64,000 bases of DNA from a virus. Below are positions 8,797 to 19,189 of this stretch, piece by piece (within the stretch, counting starts at the first letter, position 1; every line of letters starts with the position of its first letter). The stretch lies in IMG/VR virus record IMGVR_UViG_3300026488_000001, positions 1 to 64,000 of that record; one strand, 5' to 3'. The notes beneath the pieces were generated by a model. That model was not told where the DNA came from, searched no databases, and was given only the letters and a program-made list of their open reading frames with translations. A program made the position numbers and the translations under genes.

Positions 8797-9657
8797 TTAC
8801 AAATCCACCAACTTAGACAACAGACTTTTAAACCCATACTTATTAAACAACTTAGTAGCTAACATCAAATCTTTCTTAGCAAAGTCCAACTGGATATCAA
8901 TATCAGTTAAATCAACATATCTAAAATCAATCAACTTTAAATTCCTTTCCACTATATCAAGATTATCCAATATCTTCTTAGCCCAAGATTCTTTCTTTTG
9001 CTTAACTAAAATCTCCAAGTTGGGAACTTCAGGTTCTAAGTTTAGCTTAAACATCTCCTTAACAACTTGAGTAGCCCTCCTATCACCTATTCCTTTAACC
9101 CCAGGAATATTATCTGAACTATCACCCATTAAAGATTTCTTTAAAGCTAGGTATTTAGGATGATAACCATATTTATCTATAAAGTTTTGTTCAGATTCGT
9201 AATACTCTCCTTTCATAGGTCTGTGGATTTTAACACTCCATTGTAACAATTGAAGGTAGTCTTCATCATCAGTATGAACTGTTGACTTATTCTGATAATG
9301 TTTTACAGCTAACCAATAAATAACATCATCAGCTTCTTGTTCTGGAATTTGAACCATAGCTACACCTAAAACAGGTAATATTTCTTTAAGAATTTTTTGA
9401 GTAGTTGAAAATTGTTGTCTAAACTCGTCATCATATTTTTCCTTAACTTTGTAGGTTTCTAATAATTGTTTCCTTCTCTTAGAGTGACCTCCGTCAAAGA
9501 CTACTACTATATTAGATAAGTTTCCAATAGAGAAAAGAGTTCTAAGGAAGATATAAGCTCCTCCTGTAAAAATGTTATTGTGAGTTAATCCTTGTCCTTT
9601 GTGAATAGAACGATGCATAAGATAATTACCATCTATAAAATGGTAGGTTTCACTCAT
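8797..9657 (-). CDS. 5'-3' exonuclease / flap endonuclease (T4 RNase H-like)
   Basis: IDGNYL, VVFDG, EADD, DEDYLQ, GDSSDNIPGVKGIG. Confidence 0.92.
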   Translation of the reverse strand: MSETYHFIDGNYLMHRSIHKGQGLTHNNIFTGGAYIFLRTLFSIGNLSNIVVVFDGGHSKRRKQLLETYKVKEKYDDEFRQQFSTTQKILKEILPVLGVAMVQIPEQEADDVIYWLAVKHYQNKSTVHTDDEDYLQLLQWSVKIHRPMKGEYYESEQNFIDKYGYHPKYLALKKSLMGDSSDNIPGVKGIGDRRATQVVKEMFKLNLEPEVPNLEILVKQKKESWAKKILDNLDIVERNLKLIDFRYVDLTDIDIQLDFAKKDLMLATKLFNKYGFKSLLSKLVDL

Positions 9658-9669
9658 TAAAATAACCTC

Positions 9670-9936
9670 CTACTCATTATAGTTAAAAATCTCTTCATCA
9701 AAAGCAAAAACAGGTAAAAACACAACAAGCACTATTGCCAATACAATAACCCAACCATTATTTTCAATATCTTCATCATTAACAATGAAATAACTTAATA
9801 AAAGCACCATAAATACCATAAGAAGAATAGCATGAACAACACCATAAATCTTTCCGATAAAGAATAAACAAACCCAATAAGATATAAGTGCAAAAAACCT
9901 AACAAACCAAACAACAAAGTTATGAAATAGATTCAT
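9670..9936 (-). CDS. Small membrane protein
   Basis: Three hydrophobic stretches. Confidence 0.6.
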   Translation of the reverse strand: MNLFHNFVVWFVRFFALISYWVCLFFIGKIYGVVHAILLMVFMVLLLSYFIVNDEDIENNGWVIVLAIVLVVFLPVFAFDEEIFNYNE

Positions 9937-10604
9937 CTTCTACCTCCATATTTCAAATATTCTTCTTTTAATAAATTGTAAGCAGTTTCAAAATTAACTT
10001 CTTCAAGATTCTTCATTAACTCTGTCATTACCTCATTATCTTCTTTACCGTTCCAAATTTTTTGATATTTACCTTCCTTATAACCAAAATCTTTCCTCAA
10101 CTTATTTAAAGCATTCTTAAAGAAATACATCTTAAATAACTCTTCCTCACTCATAAAAGCTCTAACCATTTTGCAATAAGGTTTCCATATAATAGAAATG
10201 TAAATAGAATCTGGTGAAAACTCGGATGCTTCAGTAAAGAAAAGAAAGTTTCTATATAACTTCATTATGGCTTGAGGAGTTTTTTCAACAGGATCAGTTT
10301 GGAAAGCCCAATCTATCCTTGTTACCAAATCTTCAAAACTCATATTTATCTTTTCTGCATATTGAATCATATAAGACAAAAGAAAATGGAGTATATCAAC
10401 CAATTCAACCTTAACATTATTAATATTTGGATTATTCTTTTTCCACCAAGCCCAATTTAAAGAATCCATCAGTTCAGCAAACTCTTGATTAATAGCTATA
10501 ACCCAATCTATTAAATTCCTATTTTGCTTCCAATTAGGGTCAATAGTCTTATTAAGATTGTCTTGAAGAATAATAGCATCTTGAATGATTTTTCTTAATT
10601 CCAT
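9933..10604 (-). CDS. Dimeric all-alpha dUTPase
   Basis: QEFAELMDS, WAWWK, VELVDILHF, KNALNKLR, YKEGKYQK, EDNE. Confidence 0.9.
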   Translation of the reverse strand: MELRKIIQDAIILQDNLNKTIDPNWKQNRNLIDWVIAINQEFAELMDSLNWAWWKKNNPNINNVKVELVDILHFLLSYMIQYAEKINMSFEDLVTRIDWAFQTDPVEKTPQAIMKLYRNFLFFTEASEFSPDSIYISIIWKPYCKMVRAFMSEEELFKMYFFKNALNKLRKDFGYKEGKYQKIWNGKEDNEVMTELMKNLEEVNFETAYNLLKEEYLKYGGRR

Positions 10605-10997
10605 TTACTCCTCCTTCTCTATATACTTTTCAATAAAGTTATTTACCAAATCATCTAATTTAGAAACTAAAACATTCCTTTCTTCATCAGTCAAAGAAAG
10701 AAGTGAGACAAGGAAAGGATAATAATCAACAGGATATATTTTTGCTTTTCCAAAAACATTAGTAAGTATCTCACCAGTTTTATCTTCTCGAATAATTAGG
10801 AAAAATCCGTCATAAATAACTTCATCTCCATTTTCATTTCTCACTACCACTCCTTTTTCTTTATCCCATCTAGCCCGACGATCTCTTCTCAATTTCTTAC
10901 CTTCTAATTCAAATTCACCTTCTTCCAATACTTTTCCATTTTCAATAATACCCCAACAACACCCTCTTTCAGATACTCCTATGTGAATTTCCTTCAT
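10605..10997 (-). CDS. Hypothetical protein
   Basis: ORF; start at 10997 after GGAGG. Confidence 0.65.
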   Translation of the reverse strand: MKEIHIGVSERGCCWGIIENGKVLEEGEFELEGKKLRRDRRARWDKEKGVVVRNENGDEVIYDGFFLIIREDKTGEILTNVFGKAKIYPVDYYPFLVSLLSLTDEERNVLVSKLDDLVNNFIEKYIEKEE

Positions 10998-10998
10998 C

Positions 10999-11193
10999 TT
11001 AAACCTCCTCCTCATCTACACTTTCCAAAACTTCAAACCCCATATTTCTTAATACTTCAATTTGAAATTGAGAAGCTTCTACTACAAAACCATTCTGGTG
11101 AGTTTCAAGAATTTCCCATACATTACTCCTAACCTTTCCTAAATCCATTAATGGTTTATTTGACTTAACAAATACTTTCTTTCTAAGACTCAT
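10999..11193 (-). CDS. Hypothetical protein
   Basis: ORF with AGGAGG RBS. Confidence 0.6.
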   Translation of the reverse strand: MSLRKKVFVKSNKPLMDLGKVRSNVWEILETHQNGFVVEASQFQIEVLRNMGFEVLESVDEEEV

Positions 11194-11270
11194 ATCGACC
11201 TCCTAGCAAATAACGGTTTAAGAATTTTTGAAACCAAACTGTGTAAATAGAACTTTTCTATAATACTCAT
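11190..11270 (-). CDS. Unannotated 26-aa peptide
   Basis: AGGAGGT RBS, ATG, MSIIEKFYLHSLVSKILKPLFARRSI; stop overlaps next start (ATGA). Confidence 0.5.
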   Translation of the reverse strand: MSIIEKFYLHSLVSKILKPLFARRSI

Positions 11271-11294
11271 AGCTTACCTCCTGATTTAGATTTA

Positions 11295-12287
11295 TTAAAC
11301 TAAAGTCAATCGATGGAGAAATTCAGGTTGAAAGAGAAGAATTGATAAGTAGTCTTTCTTTAAAGCTAAATCTAAGTAATAAGGAAATTTACTACTTATC
11401 GAATCTACATCATATCCTTGTGGTAATAAAATAGGATAAACTTTGCAACCTTTAACCAAGAATTTCCAAATATTTTTTTGCCATTCCTTAATAGTTAAAT
11501 CAGGGTCTAGTGCTAAGTAAACTGTTTTAACTCCATTTTCTATCATAATATTGACTTGTTCTTCTGTTATTTCTTTGCCTAAAGTAGCCACGCTGTATAT
11601 CCCAGTAGTCCTTTTAGCATTAATTGCATCAAATATACCTTCACAAACTATGATTTCAGAAGTTTTGAAAGTTCTTGATGGAAATAACTTGTCTCTACGA
11701 TTACCTTTAGAGTTGAGGTATTTAGGTTCTTGATTGGTATAGGTTCTACCCACTATGTAAATAACTTGACCATTTTCAAAGAATGGAAATAAAACCCTAC
11801 CCTTCCACTTCCTTATAGTTCTGTTATCAACTTGGTAAGACTTACCAACCCTTATCTGATATTCCTCTATTTCAGAATCACTTAGATTTCTACTCTTAAG
11901 GTAGTTGTAAGCTATTGGAGTAAAAGTTTTACTAACTGAATAGGAAATAATGTTTAAATCTAAAACTTCTTGAACTTGAGATGTTTCAGGTAAATGGAAA
12001 GGTTTGTCAAAGTAGCTTAAAGCTTCCTTAATAATTTCATCCCAATCACTTTCTAATAGATTAGGACTTTTACCTGTTAAAATTCTTACAAGTTGGTTTA
12101 AGGTTTTGAACTTGCCAGACTTACCACATCTAAAGCAATGGAACACCTTCTTCTTTAAGTGAATGTATAAGTGGTATTTAGTATCGGGAGTTTTACCTGA
12201 CTTCTCACAGAAAGGACAGCAAATCTGAATTTCATTAGGATCAGAAGGTTTAATTTTGTAGTCAAAAGAAAAATTCTTAAGGTTCAT
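11295..12287 (-). CDS. DNA primase (Zn-binding and TOPRIM domains)
   Basis: CPFC...H...CFRC, YLKSRN, KYLNS, VCEGIFDA, LALDPD. Confidence 0.9.
   Translation of the reverse strand: MNLKNFSFDYKIKPSDPNEIQICCPFCEKSGKTPDTKYHLYIHLKKKVFHCFRCGKSGKFKTLNQLVRILTGKSPNLLESDWDEIIKEALSYFDKPFHLPETSQVQEVLDLNIISYSVSKTFTPIAYNYLKSRNLSDSEIEEYQIRVGKSYQVDNRTIRKWKGRVLFPFFENGQVIYIVGRTYTNQEPKYLNSKGNRRDKLFPSRTFKTSEIIVCEGIFDAINAKRTTGIYSVATLGKEITEEQVNIMIENGVKTVYLALDPDLTIKEWQKNIWKFLVKGCKVYPILLPQGYDVDSISSKFPYYLDLALKKDYLSILLFQPEFLHRLTLV
11297..11329 (-). promoter_or_regulatory. Phage promoter-like motif AACCTGAATTTCT-N9-GACTTTAGTTT, copy 1
   Basis: Exact motif, same orientation as downstream genes. Confidence 0.7.
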
Positions 12288-12735
12288 CTTGATCCTCTTC
12301 TAAGAATCTTTCAAAGTAATCACAAATTCTTTTAAATTCTTTTTCAGCAGTTTCACTTATAGACTTCTTGATTTTCTCTGAAACTACTTCTTCTACCACA
12401 TCTAAATCAGTAAAACTTACTATACTACCATTAGATTCTATTACCAAAGCGTTAAATTCCATTTGAATTTTAATTTCATTTTCCAAATCGTCTAATGTTG
12501 CTAAATCATCAATATAAACTACCTTAAACTCCAATATTAAAGTAATTCCTTTCTTAACTTGTTTCCAAACTTCAAATTCTAATATTACTTCTGGAGAACC
12601 AATTTGTTGGAATTGAATTGTTAACTTTCCATCATTAACAAGGTCTTTATGAACCTTATTAATCAAATAATTGATAAATTTTGTATAATAAGTTTTATTC
12701 CATTCTTTTATTACTTTCTTTCTATTAATACGCAT
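12277..12735 (-). CDS. Hypothetical protein
   Basis: ORF; likely start MRINRK after GAGG. Confidence 0.6.
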   Translation of the reverse strand: MRINRKKVIKEWNKTYYTKFINYLINKVHKDLVNDGKLTIQFQQIGSPEVILEFEVWKQVKKGITLILEFKVVYIDDLATLDDLENEIKIQMEFNALVIESNGSIVSFTDLDVVEEVVSEKIKKSISETAEKEFKRICDYFERFLEEDQDEP

Positions 12736-12745
12736 AATAACCTCT

Positions 12746-13330
12746 TTAGAGTGTTTTATAAGTTTTAAGAGCATTAACTATATCATCAATTACTTGTATG
12801 CTAATTTGTTCTCTTAACTTCTTAGTAACATATTCTGTTATCTTTTTCTCTATTCCTTTCTCAAATTGTTCTGAGTTTAGAATGTGGTCAATTATTTCCT
12901 TTTGTAAAGATTCACTAAATATTTCTTTCCAAATATTTCGTATTTCTACCTGACTATTAGAATCTGGAAGATGGACAATTGAATCTTTTAGGTATTCTGC
13001 CATATTAACTTCCTTAAAATTTTCTCTATTTAAAAGAATTTCCAATATCTGAAAAATTTTACTATTAGGAGTATCTGATTCTTCTAATTTTACTTTAAAC
13101 CAAGTATTACAACCCTCACACTTAAACTTGTTATATTTATGAATATACTTCATTTGATTACCACATTTAGGGCATTTCTTAAATAGGATTAGTTCTTTCT
13201 TGTAAGAACAATTATCACAAGCTATGAAAGGCATACCATCATCAGAATATTTGATAGTCAAAGGTTGATTACATTTAGGACACTTCTCAAAAATCTTTAC
13301 ATTCCAAGTAGTAAAAACAGGAATTAACAT
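12746..13330 (-). CDS. Zn-ribbon protein
   Basis: CPKC..CDNC and CPKC..CEGC pairs. Confidence 0.65.
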   Translation of the reverse strand: MLIPVFTTWNVKIFEKCPKCNQPLTIKYSDDGMPFIACDNCSYKKELILFKKCPKCGNQMKYIHKYNKFKCEGCNTWFKVKLEESDTPNSKIFQILEILLNRENFKEVNMAEYLKDSIVHLPDSNSQVEIRNIWKEIFSESLQKEIIDHILNSEQFEKGIEKKITEYVTKKLREQISIQVIDDIVNALKTYKTL

Positions 13331-13333
13331 CAG

Positions 13334-13771
13334 TTACCTCCTTAAAAAGTTATAGATATTTTTAACTTTAATCTCAGCTAATTTCTGAAATAAAAGAAGA
13401 ATTAATATTCCTTCAACACCGACACAACTACCTAATACAACTGAAACTATAAAAAGTGCCATAAGGAACATTAAAAATCCAATTAATTCAGCAAGACTAA
13501 TGTCTTCACTATCAATTTCATCTAAACAAACTCCTATTGCACAATAAAACATCAGAAATATAAACCCAATGACAATTACTCCAACTCCTCTAAGAACCCA
13601 TAGTAAAAAGTAATCATTAATCGAATACTTAAAAGGATAAGTTAATGAAATTATTACTCCAATTAAAAATCCTATAAAACTAATCATATTAAGACTTTTA
13701 TGTTGCCATTCCTTCTTCATACCTATACTTTCAAAAACTTTTTCTGTATGAAAAAGAATTTTATCTAACAT
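13334..13771 (-). CDS. Membrane protein
   Basis: Three to four hydrophobic segments. Confidence 0.6.
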   Translation of the reverse strand: MLDKILFHTEKVFESIGMKKEWQHKSLNMISFIGFLIGVIISLTYPFKYSINDYFLLWVLRGVGVIVIGFIFLMFYCAIGVCLDEIDSEDISLAELIGFLMFLMALFIVSVVLGSCVGVEGILILLLFQKLAEIKVKNIYNFLRR

Positions 13772-13782
13772 AGTACACCTCA

Positions 13783-13980
13783 TTATATAAGATTATGTCT
13801 TCTTTTAAACTCATCTGGATTATCAGCATATTTATCAATCCAATTGAGAATCTTCTCGTTTTTCTTATCAAAAACTCCATCGTAAACAACTCTGTCTTTA
13901 TCAGTCGTAATTAAAATCTTTTCTACCCAAACCAACTGCTTACCTTTCCTAACCAATTCTTTATATACTACACAAGGCAT
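13783..13980 (-). CDS. Hypothetical protein
   Basis: ORF with GAGGTG RBS. Confidence 0.55.
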   Translation of the reverse strand: MPCVVYKELVRKGKQLVWVEKILITTDKDRVVYDGVFDKKNEKILNWIDKYADNPDEFKRRHNLI

Positions 13981-13988
13981 TATACACC

Positions 13989-14465
13989 TCACATCAAAGG
14001 GTATAATTTTTGATAAAAAATAGAAATTGACTTATAAGTATCATTACCTAATGGTAAAAAATTCTCATAGTAATAAACCTTCTTATCTCTATACAAAAAA
14101 GGATAATCATCTTTCCTTACTTCGTCTAACCATTTCTCCAAACTTTCCTGACTATCAAATACAATAGTCGGAAACAAAAATATATCTTTATTCCAAACTG
14201 AATAAATTACTAAAGGATCATTTCTATTCTGCTGTAATTTCATTCTGGAATCAAGTTGACCTACCCAGAATAGACCTACTTGTGTAGGAAATTCGGATAT
14301 TTTACTTAAAGTTTTCAAGTTATAATCTTTATAATGTAAGATAGTACTTACCTTTTCTTTAATAACTTCTTTGATGTATTTAACATATCTTGGTAATTCC
14401 TCAACTTCTAAAGTCTTAAGTTTTTCTACTACATCTTTAGGAATTAAATCAAGAATACTGAACAT
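13989..14465 (-). CDS. Hypothetical protein
   Basis: ORF coupled to the helicase stop. Confidence 0.65.
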   Translation of the reverse strand: MFSILDLIPKDVVEKLKTLEVEELPRYVKYIKEVIKEKVSTILHYKDYNLKTLSKISEFPTQVGLFWVGQLDSRMKLQQNRNDPLVIYSVWNKDIFLFPTIVFDSQESLEKWLDEVRKDDYPFLYRDKKVYYYENFLPLGNDTYKSISIFYQKLYPLM

Positions 14466-15964
14466 TAACTACCCTCCTTTCCATAGACTTCTATTACCTT
14501 CTTCTTAAACTCAATTGAATTATCTATCTCTTCAATAGCTTGTTCTTGGTAAAGCTTTTTCCTTTTCTTATACTGGGCATAAAGGTAAACATGGCCAATA
14601 TCTTTAAAATCAAGCAAGAAACTAACCCCAGTAGAACCTTTCCTAGCTCCTCTACCTATTCTTTGTTTTAGTTTAATAGAAGACTTACCTGCTCCAGCCA
14701 TTATAACTGCTCCAACTTCAGGCAAGTCAACTCCTTCATCCATAACTTGAGAAGCTATAATTGTAAGGATTTCTCCATTTTCTACTTTCCTTTTAAGTTC
14801 TGAGTAATCTATTTCTCCTATGTTAACTAACCCTCCATGTTCACAGATATAACACTCTCCTCCTCCAAATATACAAACTGACTTGTCATCGTTAAGCCTG
14901 TTAAGTAACTTTTTACCATGAGCTAACCTTTGAACTAATACTAAAGTTGGAACTTTCCACTCTTGAAAGAACCTAATCCACTCAATAATTTTCTCATTAC
15001 GCTCTTTGTTTTCTACCACATATTTTTCATAAACAGAATTCCAATTGGTAGGAAATTGGTTAAACTGACCAGAAAGTTTTTCAAAATAAACATACATTCG
15101 TGATATTAACCCAGCCTTAACAAGATAAGGAAAAGTTACTCTATAAATTATTCCTCCTGAAATAGCCTGAATGATAGCATCGCCAAAGTTAGTTTCAACT
15201 GATTCTTTAAAAGGTGAACCTGTATAACCCAAAATATACTCAGCATGCATTGAGTTTAAAACAAGTTTCTTGTAAGAATCAGAACGTCCTCTGTGAAATT
15301 CATCCAAAATTAACCCATATAAATCTTTATGCCAATTAAAGAAATTCAAATCCTCTCTTTTAAAGGCAAGGTTAATAGAATTTATTACTCCTATTGTTAT
15401 TTGTTTTAATTCTTTTCGTTTACCATAAAATAATCCAATCTGATCCTCATTAAAACCTACTTTCAAAAAGTTCTTATAAGTTTGTTCAAGTAGAAACTCA
15501 GAAGGAACAACTACCAAAAATTTAGCATCAGATTTTTCATTTTCCAAAATCCATTTAATAGTAGCTATGAATGTAAAAGTTTTTCCTGAAGAAGTTGCCA
15601 TTTCTAAAACACCAACTTTATAAAGAAGAGCTTTCCTAATTCCTATTACTTGATGAGGAAATAAAGTAATTCCCGGAAGAATATTAGGGTTTATTTCTTT
15701 AACTAACTTGGGTTGAACTTTACCCAATCTAAGCAAGATTGGGTAGTAATCAGTCTCTAAAACTAACTCGTGTTTAACCCAATCTTTTAAGTAAAAGTAA
15801 ATTCCCCAATAAGTTTCCAATAACCTATTTTTCTCTAATTCTCTAAATAGATAGTAAGAATATCCTGTATTCTTATCCCTCCAAGTTAAAATAGATTTAG
15901 CTCTCCTTATCTCCCAAGGAGAACCTTCAATATAACATATTTTATCTTTAAGAGTTACTCTCAT
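14465..15964 (-). CDS. UvsW-like SF2 helicase
   Basis: ATSSGKT, DEFH, TGSP, EGVDLP, QRIGRGAR. Confidence 0.9.
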   Translation of the reverse strand: MRVTLKDKICYIEGSPWEIRRAKSILTWRDKNTGYSYYLFRELEKNRLLETYWGIYFYLKDWVKHELVLETDYYPILLRLGKVQPKLVKEINPNILPGITLFPHQVIGIRKALLYKVGVLEMATSSGKTFTFIATIKWILENEKSDAKFLVVVPSEFLLEQTYKNFLKVGFNEDQIGLFYGKRKELKQITIGVINSINLAFKREDLNFFNWHKDLYGLILDEFHRGRSDSYKKLVLNSMHAEYILGYTGSPFKESVETNFGDAIIQAISGGIIYRVTFPYLVKAGLISRMYVYFEKLSGQFNQFPTNWNSVYEKYVVENKERNEKIIEWIRFFQEWKVPTLVLVQRLAHGKKLLNRLNDDKSVCIFGGGECYICEHGGLVNIGEIDYSELKRKVENGEILTIIASQVMDEGVDLPEVGAVIMAGAGKSSIKLKQRIGRGARKGSTGVSFLLDFKDIGHVYLYAQYKKRKKLYQEQAIEEIDNSIEFKKKVIEVYGKEGS

Positions 15965-15982
15965 TTTAAACCTCTTTATTCA

Positions 15983-16195
15983 TCACCAAATTATCTCTTT
16001 AAGAATTTCCTTAGCTTCAGTTTCTTCACCTTCTTTATACCTATGAAGTGCTAGAATTACCTTTTCAAATCTTTCTCTCAACTCCTCAAGCCATTGTACT
16101 TCTATCTCAAGTGCAGGTTTACTTGCTTGATAAGCTATTGAAGAAGCTATTTCTTCAAGATGTCCTTTCAAACTCTCTTCTAACTTTCTCCTCAT
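15983..16195 (-). CDS. Hypothetical protein
   Basis: ORF with GGAGG RBS. Confidence 0.6.
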   Translation of the reverse strand: MRRKLEESLKGHLEEIASSIAYQASKPALEIEVQWLEELRERFEKVILALHRYKEGEETEAKEILKEIIW

Positions 16196-16229
16196 ATTAT
16201 ACCTCCACCTAATTAAATTCAGTTTCTTT

Positions 16230-17363
16230 CTATGTATTATCCTTCACATTTTTAAATACCTCGTATAACTTTTCTTCCTCTTCATTTAGTTGGGTAATAG
16301 GCTTACCATACCACTTAGTTTCTATTTCTATTAGCCAATCATAAAACTTGATTTTCATAAACATAGAAAGCTCAGCATAGTATTTATAGATGAGGTACTT
16401 AATAAATTCCTCTAGCTCAGGATTTTCCTCTACCTTCTGTTTTAAGAGCTTTTCATTCTGAAACTTAATAGAACTTCCATCAGGTAGTTCTAATGTAAAC
16501 CAAGCTCCACTCTTCTTAACTTCAGGTAATTGCTTAAGAAAATCTGTTATGGTAACCCACTTATCTATTCCTTTTTCTCCAAATATAACTAACGTAGTTG
16601 ATAGTCCTGGAAGTCCTAGTTTGTTCTTTTTAAGAGTAAGCTTGGACTTAATCCCAATAGGAATTTCTACATTGTTAACTACCTTCTTAATCTGAGCTTT
16701 CTGTTCTATTAAAATTCTGGTAGAAGCGTGGAACTTAATACCTCTACCTCCGGGACTTTCCACCTCATTGGTATAACTACCTATAACATCATACACTTGA
16801 TTAACAAAGAGTAATACTGAATCAGTCTTACCTAACGGAATAGTAATTCTTCTTAAAAAACTTCTTATTGTTTTCGCTTTTTCAGATATTCCTCCTCCAA
16901 ACTGACCGTCTTCTTTCTCCTTCTTTGTTGAACAAGAAGCAATAGTGTCCCACACTATAAACACTTTCCTACCTACTTGTTCAGCCTTCTTTAGAACCTT
17001 CTCTATTAGCTCAAACCCATCTTCAACTATCTCCACTTCTTGAACTAATACTTTAGACAAATCTATTCCAAATGCAACAGCCCTTTGAACATCAAAAGCA
17101 CTCTCACTCTCTATCCAAAGTACATTACCTTCATCTTTCCAAAAGTCTAAATATGCTTTAGCTAAGTGAAGTGCTAAGGTAGATTTACCAGAACTTTCCT
17201 TACCAAATACTTCATAAATCTTACCTGAATGAATCCCTCCTGATAACAAAGCATCAAGAGGATATATACCAGTTTCATAAGTAAGGGTAGAAGTACTTGC
17301 CAATTCTTTAACCTTATCCAAAGCAGAATTGGTTTCAAAAATATCAACATCCTTTTTAGCCAT
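16230..17363 (-). CDS. recA: RecA/UvsX recombinase
   Basis: TGIYPLDALL, GKESSGKST, IVWDTI, NQV, PGGRGIKFHAS. Confidence 0.92.
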   Translation of the reverse strand: MAKKDVDIFETNSALDKVKELASTSTLTYETGIYPLDALLSGGIHSGKIYEVFGKESSGKSTLALHLAKAYLDFWKDEGNVLWIESESAFDVQRAVAFGIDLSKVLVQEVEIVEDGFELIEKVLKKAEQVGRKVFIVWDTIASCSTKKEKEDGQFGGGISEKAKTIRSFLRRITIPLGKTDSVLLFVNQVYDVIGSYTNEVESPGGRGIKFHASTRILIEQKAQIKKVVNNVEIPIGIKSKLTLKKNKLGLPGLSTTLVIFGEKGIDKWVTITDFLKQLPEVKKSGAWFTLELPDGSSIKFQNEKLLKQKVEENPELEEFIKYLIYKYYAELSMFMKIKFYDWLIEIETKWYGKPITQLNEEEEKLYEVFKNVKDNT

Positions 17364-17375
17364 ATCTAACCTCTC

Positions 17376-17651
17376 TTAATTCAATTTAGCATTAACAATT
17401 TGGTTTACTATCATTTCAAACTTTTTCTGATCATTACTTACTATTGCATTAATAATATCCTCAATAATAGCTTCAAAAGTTTTTAAATCGATTACCAACC
17501 TTTCATTATCAAGTAAAAGAGGTTGCTCAACAGAAGCAACCTCTACAATAGCCATAATCTTATTATCGGTTAATAATTGAGAATACTTGTTTTGTAGGTA
17601 TTCTTTTTCATCTTCTGGTAGGTTAGGATTAACATAAACTATTTTAAACAT
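17376..17651 (-). CDS. Hypothetical protein
   Basis: ORF with GGAGG RBS. Confidence 0.6.
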   Translation of the reverse strand: MFKIVYVNPNLPEDEKEYLQNKYSQLLTDNKIMAIVEVASVEQPLLLDNERLVIDLKTFEAIIEDIINAIVSNDQKKFEMIVNQIVNAKLN

Positions 17652-17652
17652 T

Positions 17653-18591
17653 TTATCCTCCTTTTTGACTTGCTTGTCTACATTCTATTTCATGAATACA
17701 GATCATACATCTTGTATCATCTTCATTAAACTGTCCAAAACATTCTGGTGCTCCTGGAGGCTTTTGAACAGAAGATTGGTTAGATTTAACCTGAGATTCA
17801 ACTGGTTGAGAAGTTGGAGTAGGCTTACTTACATAAGTAGTTTCAGGTTTGATTTGCTTGGGAGACTCTATAATAGAAGTTCCTGTATCAAGTAATCCAG
17901 CTTTTTCCTTAACAACTATTTCAATTTTTTCAGCTATTTTATTAGCTGTTATAAGATATTCATCATCAGGATGTCTCCAAATCTTAGTAAGATCAAAACA
18001 TTGCTCTGCTATCTGGTTAATTTCATCATCAGTAGATGCTATTGGAGATGGTTTAGGGATAATATCAAACCTAAGTTGATTATTTTCTTGTCTCGTAACT
18101 TTGACCCAAAATCCGGTATAAGGATCAGTAATATCTCCTACCTCATCATCTCCAATAGTTTGCAAGAACCAAACAATTCCTGATTTAGGCATTCCAAGAA
18201 TATAAGGAAGTCCTGAAATGTAATTAGGGTCATCTTTAATTAAAATATTAAAGAACCCCCTCATTGAAGCAAACCATTGACTAACAAGTTCGTCTCCAAA
18301 CTTCCTTTTCAGTTCTTCAATCTTTTTACAAATCGGACATTCAAGACCCCAAGTTTTAAGACAAGTAAAATTGAGTGTCCCTTCTTCAGGACTTGGAACT
18401 TGATAGTGTTTATAAAGTTTGAAAAAAGGTAGATTCATTTCTCCAACAGGAGGGAGAAATCTAATTTTAAGTGTTTCTCCTTTTTCAGGAAGAGAAGCCC
18501 ATCTGTAGTCAGATTGAGGTTGTTTCTGGTTTTGGAATTGCTCTTGAAGTTTCTTGATTTCATTCAAATCAAGTTTTTTAAATCCTGCCAT
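17653..18591 (-). CDS. gp32-like single-stranded DNA-binding protein
   Basis: IRFLPP, H..C..CPIC zinc site, DITDPYTG; true start likely 18591 after GGAGG. Confidence 0.8.
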   Translation of the reverse strand: MAGFKKLDLNEIKKLQEQFQNQKQPQSDYRWASLPEKGETLKIRFLPPVGEMNLPFFKLYKHYQVPSPEEGTLNFTCLKTWGLECPICKKIEELKRKFGDELVSQWFASMRGFFNILIKDDPNYISGLPYILGMPKSGIVWFLQTIGDDEVGDITDPYTGFWVKVTRQENNQLRFDIIPKPSPIASTDDEINQIAEQCFDLTKIWRHPDDEYLITANKIAEKIEIVVKEKAGLLDTGTSIIESPKQIKPETTYVSKPTPTSQPVESQVKSNQSSVQKPPGAPECFGQFNEDDTRCMICIHEIECRQASQKGG

Positions 18592-18616
18592 AACTCTATC
18601 CTCCTTTATAAAAGTT

Positions 18617-18811
18617 TTAAAATCCATTTAGAATATTATTTTTCAACCATTCTCTTGCTTCCTTTTCACTATCAAAAGACTTTCCTTTAATAAAATCTTC
18701 ATCTCCAAAAGAGAAAACCCATCTATATTTTTCTTTTTCCAACACCAAAAATATATCCGTAACAAGGTTAAGATTAACAAATAGATTTTCACTAACCTCT
18801 ACCCACTTCAC
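18617..18811 (-). CDS. Hypothetical protein
   Basis: GTG-start ORF with GAGGTG RBS. Confidence 0.6.
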   Translation of the reverse strand: MKWVEVSENLFVNLNLVTDIFLVLEKEKYRWVFSFGDEDFIKGKSFDSEKEAREWLKNNILNGF

Positions 18812-18820
18812 AATTTCACC

Positions 18821-19015
18821 TCAATAAAGTTTTATTTCCGGTGCATAACGATTAAGAATAGAAACAAACTCTTCTATAGTCTTTACTTGGCTAATTTCAG
18901 CCAACATAGCAATAATTTTATTTTCTTCTCCTTTCTTCATAAGAAGAAATTTAGCAATTTTCAAAATTTTATTCGGGTCTGAATACTTCTTTTTTGTATT
19001 TAACCATACTTCCAT
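18821..19015 (-). CDS. Hypothetical protein
   Basis: Likely start MEVWL after GGAGG, downstream of promoter motif. Confidence 0.55.
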   Translation of the reverse strand: MEVWLNTKKKYSDPNKILKIAKFLLMKKGEENKIIAMLAEISQVKTIEEFVSILNRYAPEIKLY

Positions 19016-19040
19016 TCTTACCTCCATTTCAGCATTTAAC

Positions 19041-19073
19041 AAACTAAAGTCATCAACACAAGAAATTCAGGTT
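19041..19073 (-). promoter_or_regulatory. Phage promoter-like motif, copy 2
   Basis: AACCTGAATTTCT-tgtgttgat-GACTTTAGTTT. Confidence 0.7.
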
Positions 19074-19189
19074 ATATTAGTCTTGTAATATCGTCTACGG
19101 TAGTGTAATAATTGAAAACAGCAATAGCTAACTTTTTCTTATTGTCTTTGTGCTTTTCAAGGATTTCATCATAATACTTCCAAATTAAA

